A DNA stretch of 64,000 nucleotides. Origin: Paecilomyces variotii. Lineage: Eukaryota. The stretch lies in NCBI GenBank assembly GCA_004022145.1, contig RCNU01000005.1; one strand, written 5' to 3'. Below the pieces are notes generated by a model that made no database searches, was not told the DNA's origin, and saw only the letters and a list, made by a program, of their open reading frames with translations. Position numbers and translations under genes: made by a program. This document shows positions 35,023-47,785 of the stretch, one piece after another (the first letter of the stretch is position 1; each line of letters begins with the position of its first letter).

Positions 35023-38000
35023 AGTATTGTCCGGATCCCATATGCTTTAGGAAAGGCGATGGGATCGACTAAATCTTAAGTGATCGCCACGAGATACGAT
35101 GCTTTCTATCAGACGGGGAGATATATGTTTCAAAGAACATTAAGTCAGAATGACCGACTTATTTTAATTTGTTGTGGCTGGACATTATAACATCATATAA
35201 GTCTCTGTAGAGCCGGTAAGACTGGTACAGGACGATGAATAGGAGACAGTGAGCTGACCAATTCTAGGGCAATGACTGTCAACATTGGCTTGAGGACTAT
35301 GTCGAGCTAATTTTGCTACAATCAGCAATCACCGAGATAGATCGTGCCCCAAAGGCCTGAAGGGGGCAACATATGGTTAGATGGCTCAAGTTGACCAAGC
35401 AGTCTAAAGAGCAATACGTTCATACTGTGGGGTTGAAAGGGCCCTGGACGAGCGGTGACCGACTAGACTGACTTGATCGCTGTCTCTTGTTCTTGTCTGG
35501 CTCGAACAGCACGACGTACTGTGCTCAGCCTGTATTGTGTTTCTGTCTTTGTGTCTTGTGTTTCCATCGGGTCTTCCCCGTCTATCCCAGGTGTCAACTC
35601 CCCCTCCAAACACAGAATTTGTTTATATCTATACAAGGTCTGAAGTCCTATTGACAGCATATGCTGACATACAACTGACTATAGGACCAATAACATGCTC
35701 ACCAAGGAGGATTTTCTTAACAATCAGTTCGCCAACGCGGCGCAACAATCGCAGTTTGGCTACCACTTCGGTAAGTATTATGCCTATATATACCGGGTGG
35801 ATACTGAGTATATATAGGCCCAATACCCTATACCAACCCAACCTGGACACATTTTATAGACTATGTCCTTTGGGATTTGCGCTGCCTTTTGCATTTGAAG
35901 CATTTTATTAGCGTTCTGTTTGATACCCATGGGAACCTACCAGTTGGTTGAATGCTCCGATCTCCGTGGGAGACCACGGTGACCCTTCGCTGAGCATGGT
36001 TACCCTGCGTTGAGCATGGTTTCTGATATAAGACCCAGCGTGGACGCAGGTCCCTTCAAAAGGGGGGGTGAATGTCATAGAGGCAGTACCCCTTTCCCTC
36101 AGGCGAGACATGCGATAGTGTCAATTCCGCAGGTTCGAATCTGCAGTCCGTCTGTCGCAATGTCCACTTTTCGATATCTCCACATCAGACCGATACGTGC
36201 AGCAGGCAGTGGGTCGAGTTCGTCGTTTAGGGCGAAATTGAATGGTGAAAGCCGTGAGTATATTCAAGCACCGTCTTGCTTTCGCTCTATGATTTCTTTC
36301 TGAAGCAATCGTTCAATGCTCGCCAACTGACTCTAAACCCGACTCTTCAGTGTTGACTTCCCAGGAACTAAATTTCTAACATTCTAGTTTCGGGCAAAGA
36401 TTTCGAGGGTCTTATACAGTTTACCTGGGACTTGCTCTTGCCTTCGGGCTTCTAGCTTCATACAGGGATCAGCAATACTAAAAACCGGAAGCAGTATTCG
36501 CATACCAGGACGCCCCGATTATCCTCTTCTTTTCCTCACCATAGCAATACTGTATATCTCTATTGCTATATCATTACCCACATACATTCGTTAACACTTT
36601 GTGTCGGTATGGACTTCCCCATTTGCTGCCTCGACCACCTCCGCCGAGCCCTCTTGGCTTAATGACTTACAGTATTACGAAGATCCAATGAGTGATAGCG
36701 GACTATGAGTGGAATTATAATTCTTTTTATGAAAATTAACTTTTTTTAGTCGGGATATTCTTTCTTAAGGAGATATATATTTTATTGCGGAAAGTCTCTA
36801 TTTTTAGTTTATTAAATATTTATCCCTCCTCCTCTCCCATTGAAAAAAGACGGAACCGTAGGTCTTAACTATTCAGTTCCTAAACGCTTAATAACCAGTT
36901 GCTAACTGGTTATGTAGGTCCATGTCACCAATATGCGCAGGATGGTGGGAGAAATGGGCCATACTATCCCATGCAAGTCTTGCGGGTCGCGCAATAATTG
37001 TTGTAAGGAGATCAATTCGTGCGATCATTTCATCCTTCTCGATTGTGGCAACATACACCCCCCAAGTCGCGTCTGCGGACACGGAGGAGACTATCCAAGT
37101 TGACTAGCTGGTTTGTAACTGCTTGTTAACTGTTTTTAACCAGTTTATGACTGCTTTGCAACTAGTTTACAACTACTCTTAGAGAAATTTGACTGGAATA
37201 AGCCCATTTTTAACATATACTACTTGATAACTTGCCCCTAAACCGATACCGCAACAACTTATAGCCTAGAGACATACCTTTCCTAACGTCCCGTTGTTGA
37301 TAGACCAATTGCAACAGTGGCAAAATAGAGCTAGACCCGGACGCCCTTAAGGAAGTTGGGAGCGACGCCGAATCTACTTTGAACGACTTCAAAGAAGACG
37401 TGGAGGATACTATAAAAAGCTTCAGCTCATACCGCTTGTTAACCATGTCAGCGCACAAAGCGTACATGCAGGTGGTCTGTCAATTATCCGTTTGTAGCAG
37501 GTTGTTTGAATACTGATTATAAGATAGACCCTGCTAGATTACTAGATTCTTTATGTACTATAGAGATAAATATGGGTTCAGACCCCCTCTCTAGAACTAG
37601 ATTCAAGCAAGCAATTCAAGGTAGTAGATATTCCGGCCAGTAGTCGAGTCGTGGGCTGTCTGACTCGCCGTACTTTGAAAAACCGAGACCGTTCCCGATT
37701 GGATTGGATTCCGGAGCTGTTCAGCAGCATATACTTTGGTTCGTTCTATGACATTATCAAATGGCGTCAAGACAGAACCTATCGGTTCCCGTCCATCAAT
37801 ACTCTCAGAAGTGTCCTGGTGTGAGAGGTTGACTTTGAGAATATGCCAAAACTTATAGTTAACCAACAGGAGCAGAAACAGTTAGACAACATCGTATTGA
37901 GCGCTTTGTAACGCAGGCACTCGAGCATCTTCTTAGACAAAAAAAAAATAAGACAACAAGGGAATTTCCAGGACATTTAATGGAGATTTCCTTCTATGTG

Positions 38001-38451
38001 TGTGCCATAGTTAAGTCCCGTGCTTAAATGAGTCATCTTGACTGTATGCTTTGTGTGCAAGCATGTCATTGCATGTACATATGAAAGGTGTTAACCGGTT
38101 GAAACAAAGTGAAATACTAGGAAGTACGCGGTATAGGCCTTGTAGGTGGTGTATGTGCGGACTATACAGTCACTTTTGTTCTTCACGTTTCTGACAGTGT
38201 ATGACTCTATGCAGAGAGGGATAAAATAGAGTAATAGAGGCGCCTATCTATTGCACTCTTCTTTCCGTCTACAAGCTCTCGAAGTTGAGGTGTGCCTGTT
38301 TCTCACTTTGACCGTCGCTGAAAGCCCTCTGTTCCAGGATAGCTGCGAATATACTTCTTTGATACTCCTTTCATTTCTAGTACTATCTGTCCCAAGGACC
38401 TTCCTGTTCGAATAGATAATTATCCATTTCCTCGGGTGAAGAGCTTTCGAA

Positions 38452-39025
38452 ATGGCAGACCGTCATACTAATGTAGGTCACCCCACGTTGAGAAAAGAAC
38501 TGGTACATGCAACCACTAAATGAGTTAATTTAGATTGTCCGCCGTCGTCGCGGCACAGCTTGGAGCTCCGCGGATGAGGACCCATGGCTGGCCTCTCAGT
38601 TTGTGCTCGGAACACCGGTAGAGAGCTTCCATGTCAATATGCCGGGAGGTGGGAATCGCACACAGCTAGGAGTCTCCATTCAGATCAGCAATATGCGCAC
38701 TCAGTCAATTCTACCCACTCGCTGGACAGACCCCTTTTACGCTGCCAGGGACAGCAACAATTGGAAGATGCCAGAGGATATCGAGATCCTTCAGTGGCAT
38801 GTATGGGGCCGCAAATCCTTGGACGCACGTGTCTTTTTCGACATGGACCGCTCGGCGCAGGGTGTTGCCCGACGTGCGGATTATCTCTGCCAGGACCAAA
38901 GCTTGGTCGATGAGGCTAAGCGCGCTGAGGGACAGGCGTTACAGAAGCAGTCTGCTGACGGGGACCGCGCAGCTGAGCTAGCTATTGGAAATGCTATAAG
39001 TAAATCGCTTAAGAATAGGCGTTAG
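38452..39025 (+). CDS. Orphan hypothetical protein of ~170 aa, 2 exons (38452-38472, 38534-39025)
   Basis: ATG GCA GAC CGT CAT ACT AAT|GTAGGT...CTAAA...TTTAG|ATT GTC CGC joins in frame with the 38603-39025 ORF; no recognisable domain. Confidence 0.55.
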
Positions 39026-42000
39026 CGAAGCTGATATGTTTGCTGATTTAACATGTGGGTGAAGATTCATGTCACTGAGTGGCTGGACCATGATTTGGAT
39101 TTTCACATTAGTGAAGGAAGTAATGGGCAATAGGGTGGAGCTGGTACTCTCTTTGGATGTTGTGAAGAGTCTTGATCTTCTCTGTTGGAGTAGAAAGCAA
39201 TGAGAAGTAAGAGTTCATCTTTTTGAGCAGCGGTCGAGAGACAAGATAGGCTCCATAAGCAGTATATGCAGTCCCGCTTTGAGTAATATGGAGGTCCAGA
39301 GCTACAAGTCAGCGTGCCAAGGTGTGATATAGCAATATACTCGGTGATCTGTTCTGCGCATATAGACCTGCCTCGAGGACAGCGACTGCTTGTGATCTTC
39401 AAGACTCAGTCCCGTATTATCTGACTTATCAAGAAACCATTAGTTATGCAATGTCTTCCGCGACACTAGCGAGACCCTCTCCTCCCTGCACCAAAAATGG
39501 AGCTTTGCTTGTACCTCAATTCCTGACGCTACAGCGGCTCTGATGAGTCTCAAACCTTCGAATTTTCTTGCAAGGACTGATCTTCAGGAGAAAGTGGACA
39601 CAGGAAAGGCTGCACAATTGGTTCACAATTCTCCGCATTTTAGATGTGATATATTCTGCATAGCCGCATTGCGGTTCGCGTGGCTTTCAGAAGAACCTAA
39701 ATAAAGAACCCACAATCCGGGAGGATAGCTGAAAATAAATAGCATTCTTATTGATTATCAAGGAAGAGAAACAAGATCTCCCATAGAATTAGGCTCATGG
39801 ATCCGGAGGGGCTGGGATCCAAGTTCTGGCGGTGAACTTACCGCTTTTTGGGCGAGAGGAGAAGATCTCCACTAACCACTAGAACGAGAACTTAATTCTT
39901 TGAGAGACAAACATTGCGCAGCCGTCAACATGACAGAGCACTTGAGATTCGCGACCACGACGCGTCGAGCATGATTCTGGCTGTAGAAGAGCGCGTCTGG
40001 GCGGTAATAAGCTGGTGCTTCGAGTTGAAGCTGGTCCTGGCTAGAGACGCAGGGGTTTCCGGGCAGTGGCCGAGGCGGTGGGTGTTTTTCCCTGCCAGTG
40101 CGACCCGGCCTGCAGGGCCAATGCATCCCTCGTTCTTCCCAGGCTGTCGTGTCGCTACTTGGTACTTACCATCATCAATTATGATTATCATTATTATCTG
40201 GTCTCAATATTAATTGCTCTGGATGAGGGGTCAGAAAATCCTTGAATCGAACTATGACGACGGTCGGTCATGGCGCAGGGACCAGTGCGTCACAGAGAGT
40301 ATTCTAGTCAATCTATCGACGATTAGACTAAGTTAGCGAAGAAAACGACCTTAGCCTTCAGTTCATCAGCCACGGCCACTTGAGTTTGTCCTGAGTTGAT
40401 CAGCCACAGGCAGGGAGGGGAAAATAATTAGAGAGAGAAGAGAGGCACAGAACTGAAGATCCCCAGATTATCACTGGCTCAGGCTGTCCAGCCCTGCTTC
40501 CCCAGTCTGGCACGGAATTTCTTCTTTCTTACGGTGCTCCGTGAACCGTGGAACACAGCCGCTGCCACGCTGGCATCCTGCTCAATTGCGATGAGATCCG
40601 ATGGGCGAATCTTGCTAGGACGCCATCGAGTCGTTCTACGATCATGCTAAGCGTCGTCCAAACTGGAACAGGCTCTGCGCGGGCCGCCAACGGAGCGCTG
40701 GTCTGAGCTGGAGATCCACCACGGCAGAGGCTTGTTGACCCGGCCGGGATTAGACGCTCAGGGCAGAATTGGACTGCTCTGGCTCTGACACGTAACTGAT
40801 GCATCCCATCTGCAGGACCAGCTCAACGAGACCTTCGGCCTCAGGTTGCCACCGTCCTAATCCGCCGCATGTCTCCGCCGCGGACTATTAGATCCTCGTG
40901 TGCGAGTGTGACGTGCGTCGGTAGCTGTACTGTCTTTTCTGTAGGAAAAAGGGACAGCCGTCATTCGATTTCTGCCATCGTCCCTGAATATCTTCTCGCT
41001 AAGAGGAGCTGCTTGCTGCGTTACGTTGAAAAATCAAGCAGATGGGGTTTAACCCTGCTCATTACATGTTGTGCGCGCTATCAGTTGCGGACCGGTCTCT
41101 CGCCATTTTCGTCTTTTCGAGCTGATGCAGTCCCTTCAGACGTCGGTGCCTTCTTATAGCTTCTACAGGACGTCTATCTATCGCCTGAGCTAGGCGTCTG
41201 GCAACGATTGCTCCTCCGTGGTGCTGTTCACGTCTCCGGGCCTTGTTGCCACCGTGGTGCTGGCAGAAGCACAGGCGGACGCCTTACTTGACTCAATTGC
41301 ACATGATGAATCGGGATTATATACCATTGTACAGCCTTGATCTCCTCGTCATTCAACCTCTTCAACGGGTGTATCTCTAGTCGTGCCCGCGTAATCTGTT
41401 GGAGCTTTTAGTGTGCGCCGATTTGCTGGCGTTTCTCTTGTCTGTGGATCGGTTTGGATGTACAGGTATGCCATTGGATGCCTTTCTTCAAATCAGCAGC
41501 CGTTGTTCAAAATTACAGGCAGATGCTGATTCCGAGCAGTATCGACGATCGTACCAAACAGTCGTTCTAACGTTGCAGACTATACATTATACATTACCTG
41601 ACATCGCTCCGCCATCGAGCTTACAAGGGATCACTTCCCCTTTTTCACCTCGAACCAGAATATCTGCTTGCTAAAGTCTCATCCTGCTTATACGATAGAT
41701 CTCTCGTCAGTCTTGAGGGTGGCTCTTTGAGCTGCTGTCAGAGCGAGCTCCTACTCGAATACAATTTCAGGAGGCAACCACATCACGTTGTGAAACAGCA
41801 TCCTACTTCGTGGAGCTCCTACATCCCGTTCCGTCCTTGACGTTGCTCGACCTGAAGTACAGGTCTTGTCAGTTTGAGCTGTGAGAGTGAGCCGAACATT
41901 CACTGCGGGCAATCCTGCAAGCCAGCCCCACGAGTCGCGATTCACTCGATTCTCTGTTAGAGGCCCGACTATCAGAGGTGCCGCAGTCTTACTCTCGGCA

Positions 42001-42371
42001 AACGCCGGACTGCTCAACTTTGTCGTAGGGTGTCACCGGACGAAGAAGGGCAAACTCTCCGTGGACGTATAACTTACTACATTCTGGCCAGGTGAGTCCG
42101 TCTACACTCCAAGCGCCTTCTGTCTCATGCCGTCACTTGCCGCCCGATTATCTCCAGTCATGCTCAGACAAGGAACACGTGTGATTGTGACGATGGGTTG
42201 TTATGAAAGACACTACCGTACCTTGGATTCACCACCCGGATCATCCTTCCAGATATAGAGCGAAGTGTACAGCAGCCGAAAATGATGGCGATTACAGTGT
42301 ATGAAGATGTCGAGAAAACGGCTAACCGTTGTCGTACGCAGGGTCTAACCACCGGCGAATTTGGCTTTCGG

Positions 42372-43424
42372 ATGGCTTCCTCAGAAGTTGATCAGAAATG
42401 CCTGGGCCATTTCGCTGCCAGCACTAGCCGCGAGAACCCTTTTCTTTCCAGCATGCTATACAAAATCTTGGGGCTTTCCGTCATTCTTTCGAAGAAGCTG
42501 CTGCGGGCGCGAAAACTCCGACGGTTGGATCCTTCACGCGATACGAAGTCTCTCCAGCTTTACCATCACATCATATGGTTATCTAGAGAAGGCCTTGTGA
42601 TCGTCGAGCAGTACATCCTTCCCATGGTTGAAGACTATGTGGAATTGAAGGTGCTGGCATATAAGCTGAGGGCCTCTTTCTACCACATCTTCGTCCTCTT
42701 CCACAATCAGCCGGCGATCCACCCGCCCGGCATCAGCAGCCTTGGTAGCACGACCACTCTTCACAACAGCAGCACCGGGTCAGGGTTCCAGGCGACGAGA
42801 CCGGAACTTCCCAACCGCGATTCCATTTCTATCACTCCTCCACTGGAAGGCGGACCTGTGGGTGGTGGCCTGCAGTCACGGCCTCCGGGGCTTACGACTC
42901 CTTTTCAGAATCCAAAAGCTGCTTCGTCATTTCTACTTCCCGCTCTCGACTATAGGCCGACCGCCAGCGCCTGTTTCAATAACGCAGCAGTCCTCGCGGA
43001 TACTCTTCTTCCAGGATCACATCTACTTCGACTCTCCGTTAAGCTCGAATATGCGGCGTATCTCTATGATTGTTTGCATGACTCGGACGCCTGTAGGCGC
43101 CTAGCAAAACAGGCAATAGCCGACGTGTACAACGCACAGGAAGGAATGGACGATGAAAGCTTCGAGGATGCTGCAGAGCTCGTGGGAATCTTGGGGAAGA
43201 TGGTCAAGCGGGGCGGCAAAACAAGCAGTGCTGGCGGAAGTAGTACCGCCGGTGGGACGCCAGCTGGCGAATATTCTCGGAGCGAAGGAAGCAGAGGCAC
43301 TCCTACGCGGCAGCAGCGGTCGATTTCTCCATCAAGTCGCACTACGGCGATAAAGGCGTCCGCCAAGGAAGGAATGGGTGCTTCCCCTGGAGTCCCAGAT
43401 CTGGTGATGTTGAATCCCATTTGA
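42372..43424 (+). CDS. Atypical fungal 14-3-3-like protein with a long, apparently intron-containing 5' leader
   Basis: MASSEVDQK start; ELKVLAYKLRASFYHIFVLF, LPGSHLLRLSVKLEYAAYLYDC, RLAKQAIAD and ESFEDAAELVGIL correspond to the 14-3-3 C-terminal helices. A splice acceptor (CTAAC...CGCAG) lies at ~42341, just upstream. Confidence 0.8.
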   Translation: MASSEVDQKCLGHFAASTSRENPFLSSMLYKILGLSVILSKKLLRARKLRRLDPSRDTKSLQLYHHIIWLSREGLVIVEQYILPMVEDYVELKVLAYKLRASFYHIFVLFHNQPAIHPPGISSLGSTTTLHNSSTGSGFQATRPELPNRDSISITPPLEGGPVGGGLQSRPPGLTTPFQNPKAASSFLLPALDYRPTASACFNNAAVLADTLLPGSHLLRLSVKLEYAAYLYDCLHDSDACRRLAKQAIADVYNAQEGMDDESFEDAAELVGILGKMVKRGGKTSSAGGSSTAGGTPAGEYSRSEGSRGTPTRQQRSISPSSRTTAIKASAKEGMGASPGVPDLVMLNPI

Positions 43425-46400
43425 CGCTCTTTCTTGAATGTGCCATTATGATTATGAGCGATGGCGTTTCATGACATGTGGGGAAAATGTATCATTGAAC
43501 GGATTTTCTTCTATGCTTTCGTGGGTATTTATTCCAGCTTTCCAATTCTTTCATACAGAAGTGATATCTTCTTATTCCAGAGGTGCGTCTGTTTCTTTTT
43601 TCTTTTTTCTATTGATACCTTTTTGTTTGTTATTATCTAACATCTCTTTTCTCTTTACTTTTATGGTGTGGAAATGACTTGAGCTTTGTACACTCTTGAG
43701 ACAAATTTTGTATTTAGATCGTGCCAGTTTCTAGGTGGTTCTTTCCTAATATCAAGCCGAGAAGCTATCTTAAAAAGGGATTGCAGTTTCGTGCTGCAAA
43801 TATTTGAACAGTGATGAATAGACACATTGGCTGTGAATGGCACTCGACCCATACAAGAATCTGGTTATGACAACAATCACCCTAGATAAGATAAGTTCTT
43901 TGTTTCAGTTGCAGAAGAATGCTTGGATAAAGCTGTAGAACTTCCTGCCGCAGGTCACATGAAGTTTAGGGCAGATCGACTCACGTGTCACCAGGGAACC
44001 AGATCCTCTCTTTTTCGTCTCTGCCGAAGCAAGTTCTTCTCTTCTATTCTTTGCTGACTTGCATATACCACTACCGTCATATCGAGACTTTTGTTTAGAA
44101 TATGGTCTAACCTTGCTTCGTTGTTCAGAAGACATCTGCCTCTGAGGATCGCCATTCTATACTAGTCGACCGACAAGCGGCCAAGAAGAAGTTACAAGCA
44201 TTGCCTACCGGAGTGGAGTAGAGACTGGACTCTTGGATAAAAAGCGCTTGGGGCTGTTTCATTTGAAGGATACAAAATGAATAAAGAGATAAAACGAGGA
44301 CGGTTGTATCAAACTATGAGAAATGCCACTGTGTCGGCGGAACATCCAAAGTCTCTCTCTGAGCACGGGGATATCGAGGAAGAGTATGGTACTCAGTGCC
44401 AGAGCTGGAGGATGAGCTAGATCTAGGATACGTCATATGAGATCTATGTCGTATATTCTGACTTGCAGAACCGATTGGTCTTTGTAATCTGCTGCTGCTT
44501 CTGCTGGGAGCTTCATCCCGTACTGCTGACCTGCTGCGGAAAGTATGTCTGACTCCTAAACAAAATTCCCTATTTGCTAAACTTTTAAATGAAGTCTGTT
44601 TCCCCTTATCTTTCACGTGTCTTCTCGGCCTTTGCTTCCTCTAGTATCATACCACGTGTCTGAGAGACGGGTGGAATGTATGTACATACATATACTGGAC
44701 GACAATGCTCTAACTAATTTCAAGATATTCAGTCGCAGTAATCAGCACTGAAGCTTAGTCAAATACGTAAACTTCCAATAGTTAGCGAGTATACGCTCAG
44801 GGGCTTCTATTGATAGAGATGACTTTCTTTAACTAATAACTACGTAAGCAACAGCCCGGATTGGTCTGTCTCATGGTAGAATCCTTGCTTGTAAAGAGTT
44901 CACAGAACCGTTTCAGTTTCATGATGAAGAAGTACTAGTTAACACCTGATTTTAATCAGAGCATCTTCTGAAGATTATGGAGGAACTGAACTTGCAAGGT
45001 CTCACATTCTCGGTTCGGGGAATATCTCTTGATCTTTTCTTTTCCTTTTTTTTTATCTGATATTTTTCATTTTTATAAATTGGTACACTAGATATCTAGC
45101 AAAACACATGATCAGAAATAGAGGCTAAATCCAAGTTTAGCCATTTTCTTTTAGTCTGAGTTAATAGGAGCGAGTGTATCTATACTATACTTAGTAACAT
45201 AATCTGCTGTCTTAATCCCCTACTGATAATGCATGAGGAATTAAAAAAAAAAAGACAATTAGACCAACGCAACGAGTTATAACTGACTGGACTTGTATCT
45301 ATAACGCCTCTTTTGCAAACCCTGCTCGCGATAGAATGATATAGTAAAGATAATATCGATATCTATATTTGATTCCGTCTCAGTTATAACTGGAACTTTA
45401 CCAGAAGGTAATACTTTATTTAGAAGAGGTTATGTAACTGCTATGCAACTTCTGACGAGGCAGGTGGCTTTGATGTCTGATATGTGTCTGAAGACTAGAT
45501 ACCTAGTTTTTTTCTTATTCATCGGTGGAGTTGGGGTGAGTCTTGGCGATGTTTCTTTTTTGCGAATCCTCTTACAGATTCTTTACTTGGAGAGTAACAC
45601 TGTATACCTACCTGCCTTGACAGGACCGATGTCTCTCTTACTGAATCCTTCCAAACTAGGTACTACATCCACCATAGATAGTAGCCGTTGGAACATTTAC
45701 AATTCAGTACTATATCGAATATAAAAAGAGGGAGAAAATAAAACAGTGTAGCAAAGACTAAAAAGAGAAATCAATCTTCTGTAACTACTCTCCACTCCGC
45801 TCTGGCTAACACTTGTTAAATCCTCCGGGGCACTTCCCGCCGAGGAATGCGAAACATTCAACCGCTCCGCAACAAGCACACGCGGCCCTTCTCTGCGGGG
45901 TTTGACAGTACTCTAGAAGTTCCCAGTCAGCCAAGACTCGTGGCGCTGGATCGTAGCGTGTTTCGCGATCCGTCGAGTGTCTTCTGTTTTTAGCGCCGGG
46001 GTAGATATCATTGTAGTACACCCAGAGGGTTGGCATTCGTCATTATTGTTCTTTTCTTTTCCCTCCGGAGGCGGTGAACCGTTTCTTCGAAGAGATACCT
46101 ACATAGACAAATGTAGTAGTTGACTCGTTACCTAGCTAGAGTGATGATCCCGTGTCGGATCGGTATAGAGTAGAAGAATGACGGAAAGGCAAATTTCTGG
46201 ATCCGGTTTGTTTGCTGACGCTAGAATGTACGTAGAGTAGAGTAGCAGTGCTCATCTTGGATGTGCAGGTGGGGTGTTGTCATGGTGCATGATTTGACTC
46301 CCAAAATAGATGGGTTTTCCATCGCTGCCTTGTTATGCTTGTTTATTATTTGCTTCTGTTAAGATACTAGGGAGTTTGCCAGCCTGCAGTGCCTCAACGG

Positions 46401-47400
46401 AGGAACTAGTTACTGCAGCGAGTGAGAGGAGGGGCAAAGATACCATGAGTGTGGCAGGGCCGAGTTGCTGCAAGGCTGAGCGTCAGCTCGACAATCAGTG
46501 GGGGGACGATTTCCAATGAGAAAGACGACGGAGCAGGAAACAGAAATGCCATGAAGCGCCATCTGAGCATTTGACACTTTCTTTGCAACAATATCCGTTG
46601 TTGTTGCTTGGGGGCCGGCCTGCAGGATATTCTTGGTAGCGGTACTGTGTGCCGTTCTGTATGTTTTCGGACCGGCACGGATGGTGTCAGTGCTAGACTA
46701 GTGCTCGAGTTATGCTCTGTACCCGATCAGTAATATGGTAAGATTAATGATAACAATAGTGATAACGATGGCATCGTGATGGTAATCTATTAATGGTTGT
46801 TACGCCCACCGGTTCAACTAGATAGAGTACAATATGGTACACATTAAAGATTACATCTTGAAATGGCCGTAACAATGATAGCACCCAGGCTGCGCACGTG
46901 CTTTGCCTATCTGCTCGAAATCGAATAATTGGGAAGGGTTGATTGTTCCACTTGAGATTATTGAAACGGCTCCAGCGCTATAACACGCTTGGGGTAATCA
47001 CTTTGGCTCTGTGTGGTCAAGCTTGTAATGTCGATACCAGCTGGGTTCGAGGGGTGGAGTAACTACTAGGTAGCTATGGTCCTCTCTCTTTCTCCGTTGC
47101 ATGGCAGCAGCATACTCTATATAACTACAGCCATACACAGAGAAGAACCAGAACGAAGAATATTAAATACAGTCGACTGAATCCATCGTCGACCGTGGCA
47201 ACCAGCGCTGAACCTTGGATGTTTCCTTACGCCGATCTTACAGGTCTTTTACGTCACAGCACGGACTCGCGCCGGCTAAAAATTACGACGGCACCAAAAA
47301 CGGACGCCCCGAAGACAGAGAGAGGCAGAGAAGAGATCATCTATCGTTGCAACTCCTGCTGGGGGGAAAAGCTGGTTGCAGAAAAAAAGAAGAAGAATCC

Positions 47401-47428
47401 CCATCGCATCGCATCGCATCGCATCGCA
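47401..47428 (+). repeat. (CATCG)n pentanucleotide microsatellite
   Basis: ccatcgcatcgcatcgcatcgcatcgca. Confidence 0.75.
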
Positions 47429-47785
47429 GCAGCAACCACCAGAGCCACGCACCCCCCCCATAAACTCCCCCCGCCCCCACCATCTGTGACGACTGGGTTG
47501 CTCGCCCGTGTTGTTGCTGCGGTGTTGGCTGTGCGTAAAGAAAGGACAAAACATCCCCATTGCAAGCTATTATTATTTAGATCACGCCCGCTCGTCTGGA
47601 CGCAGTGGTGGTCGTGCTTTCCACAAGACCGCGCAGCCTGCTCATCCAAGCTTGGCCCGGATGGCTACCAAGCAGTCGCTCGATTCCAACCGCCCATCAT
47701 CACGTCACTGTTCGATATCGCCAATCGTGCTCATCGCGCCCTGAATCGACTCTTCCTTTCCGTACGAGCCGGTGAGCGTGGGACA

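Noticed and set aside
35427-35614. Possible solo LTR (TGTG...CACA ends) near the integrase relic
   Set aside because: No target-site duplication and no second copy in the window.
36125-36150. tRNA T-arm-like GCAGGTTCGAATCTGC
   Set aside because: The stem is imperfect and no D-arm, anticodon arm or acceptor stem can be built around it.
47195-47785. N-terminal 197 aa of the 553-aa ORF
   Set aside because: Starts at GTG and runs through (CATCG)n and homopolymer tracts; a signal-peptide ATG at 47786 is the more plausible start.
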